In this document: positions 62,301 to 64,000 of the stretch, piece after piece
How positions within the stretch are numbered: position 1 is the first letter of the stretch
Layout of the letters: every line of letters begins with the position of its first letter
NCBI GenBank assembly: GCA_030704615.1
Contig: CM060731.1
Span: 15,500,001-15,564,000 of the forward strand
From: Takakia lepidozioides
Lineage: Eukaryota > Plantae > Bryophyta
Direction of reading: 5' to 3'
Length of the DNA stretch: 64,000 nt
Position numbers and translations under genes: made by a program
Notes under the pieces: generated by a model
Told to the model about the DNA's origin: nothing
The model's database searches: none
What the model saw: the letters and a program-made list of their open reading frames with translations, nothing else

Positions 62301-64000
62301 TGGCCTCAGTCTGGCAAAGGGAAGATCTTACAATTCACATAGTATCTACTAGTCCACAAATCCCCTTCAAACCTCAGTGTGCCTGTCAATCCCTGGAAGG
62401 CCAGCCACACAAGGAGTTATTGACACGAGCTATTGACACGAGCACTTGTAAGTGTGACGCTCTTATTCCTAATAGGTTGCTAGTTCCCTCATCTCTTGGA
62501 TTTTCTCTGTGGTATTTTCCTGTGGATTCCATGGCTCAAGCAGCAGCTGAATCAACATGTCATATCATTCCACTTCATATTGTTGGTCAAATCTCGACGA
62601 AGAGCAGCCATGATGTTCCTCTTCAACTGGGGAGTTGGGAGGGACGTGAGAACTTTACCATCTGCGAGATCCAACCTTGTCGCCAATTGCGGTTCTCCTT
62701 TGGCAGAACGCACCTCAATAGAGGCCCCCACGTCACTAATCTCACAGGTATCTCAGTTACAGAAGTGTGGGTGCATACCGTGGGATGCAACCATTTCACT
62801 ATGCATGCAAAGTGAACACTTTTAACTTTACATTGTTTTCCATAAGCACAATGAAATGGATACCCTAGTTCTTTCATTTATGTAAATAACATGTAATGTA
62901 ACCCTAAAACAAAAGACGTTCTTCACAACAAGAAGACCAAGAAGACCACTGTAACCTTTGATGTCTGTCGGAGTTGTTAGCCATTGTCCAATTTTAACCA
63001 ATAAAACCATTGGTCGGTTTAAGTGCTTTCTGCTCTTTGTAGCCCTCCCAGACCTTGTCAAACTTCCTAACCTATCAAAATTGGCCAAAGAGGAAATATA
63101 GCAATCATCAGCTTGACACGGTCTGAAAGTTCCACAGATACAAAAGCTCGAACAACAATTCAAGATTGGAATGCATCTTGAGAGGCCAGAGAGCCAAGAA
63201 TCGGAAGAGGCCAGGGTTGTTCGACCTAACAGAAAATATCGGTTGTTTCGTAAGGTTAGCAGAGATGACGTTTCCACCGTAAACAACTTGAGTCACGTGA
63301 CTGACCTCCAAACCGCTTCCGCAGTTGCTTCTTCTCGTCAGGATCTGCAATGATTTCAATTTAATGCTCGACCCCTCTGATTTCCTCAGCTCTGATCTCC
63401 CCTGCCACTCTCCGGAGCTCACCTTCCGCTTCTGGTCTCAACTTCCGAATCGTCCATGATAGTGTCCATCTCAAGAGCTCAAGAAGAGAATACAAGGTTC
63501 GCTCCTTTCCCTGCTCTTTCTCCATACCCTGAACCATAAAACCCAGGTCCGACAAATCTGAATTGAAAGACATACGGTGAACTAGCATATTTTGGAGCAG
63601 AAGTGTCCTTCGGTTGCATAAGGAAAAATGATCTCAGACGGCAATGCATTTGATCGTTATACATATCAGGTCTTTTGAGCATGTCAACATCCAGAAAGAC
63701 TTTCTTCACAGAAAGAGAGATTCATCTCATAAAAAGAGGATTTGAATGCATAGCGAGCGGTCAAAATTTTCTGCTCCCACCTCACGCAACACCTTCACTT
63801 CTGGCTTGGGGGCACTCAAATCACACTTATATATAGTCCCTGATAGTCCCTGCGGTCAAGAAGCTGCTGAAGTTGAAAAAAATATCTGAGTCTTTGCGCC
63901 TTCCTGAGGTATCAATCACCGTACCAATCTCTCATGGAAAACGCCACTGCAAGGATCCTGTTTTTTGAAGGTCACGAACCTGAAGCTGGTGCTTAACATC

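Overview
Nuclear genomic DNA of a non-seed land plant. A moss or other bryophyte/lycophyte is inferred from the homogeneous PLS-triplet PPR arrays, a HECT ligase unlike angiosperm UPLs, and the TE content. Host genes: the 3' exons of a metallo-beta-lactamase-fold hydrolase (+), a PLS-class PPR-DYW RNA editing factor (-) with neighbouring PPR pseudogenes, a Costars/ABRACL gene (-), an intronless geranylgeranyl reductase CHLP (-), a multi-exon HECT E3 ligase (-) and a secreted class-3 lipase (+). About half of the window is TE debris: APE-RT LINEs in introns, L1 pieces, an RLE-type LINE end, nested Copia elements, Gypsy and Helitron fragments. Top finding: the ORF-track start of the PPR-DYW gene lies in a GT-AG intron. 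Splicing in an upstream 80-nt exon rebuilds a complete OSB-type PDF ssDNA-binding motif fused N-terminally to 26 PPR motifs and an intact DYW deaminase, and the adjacent pseudogene keeps a decayed copy of the same motif. All calls were made by eye without database searches; TE boundaries and some exon ends are approximate.
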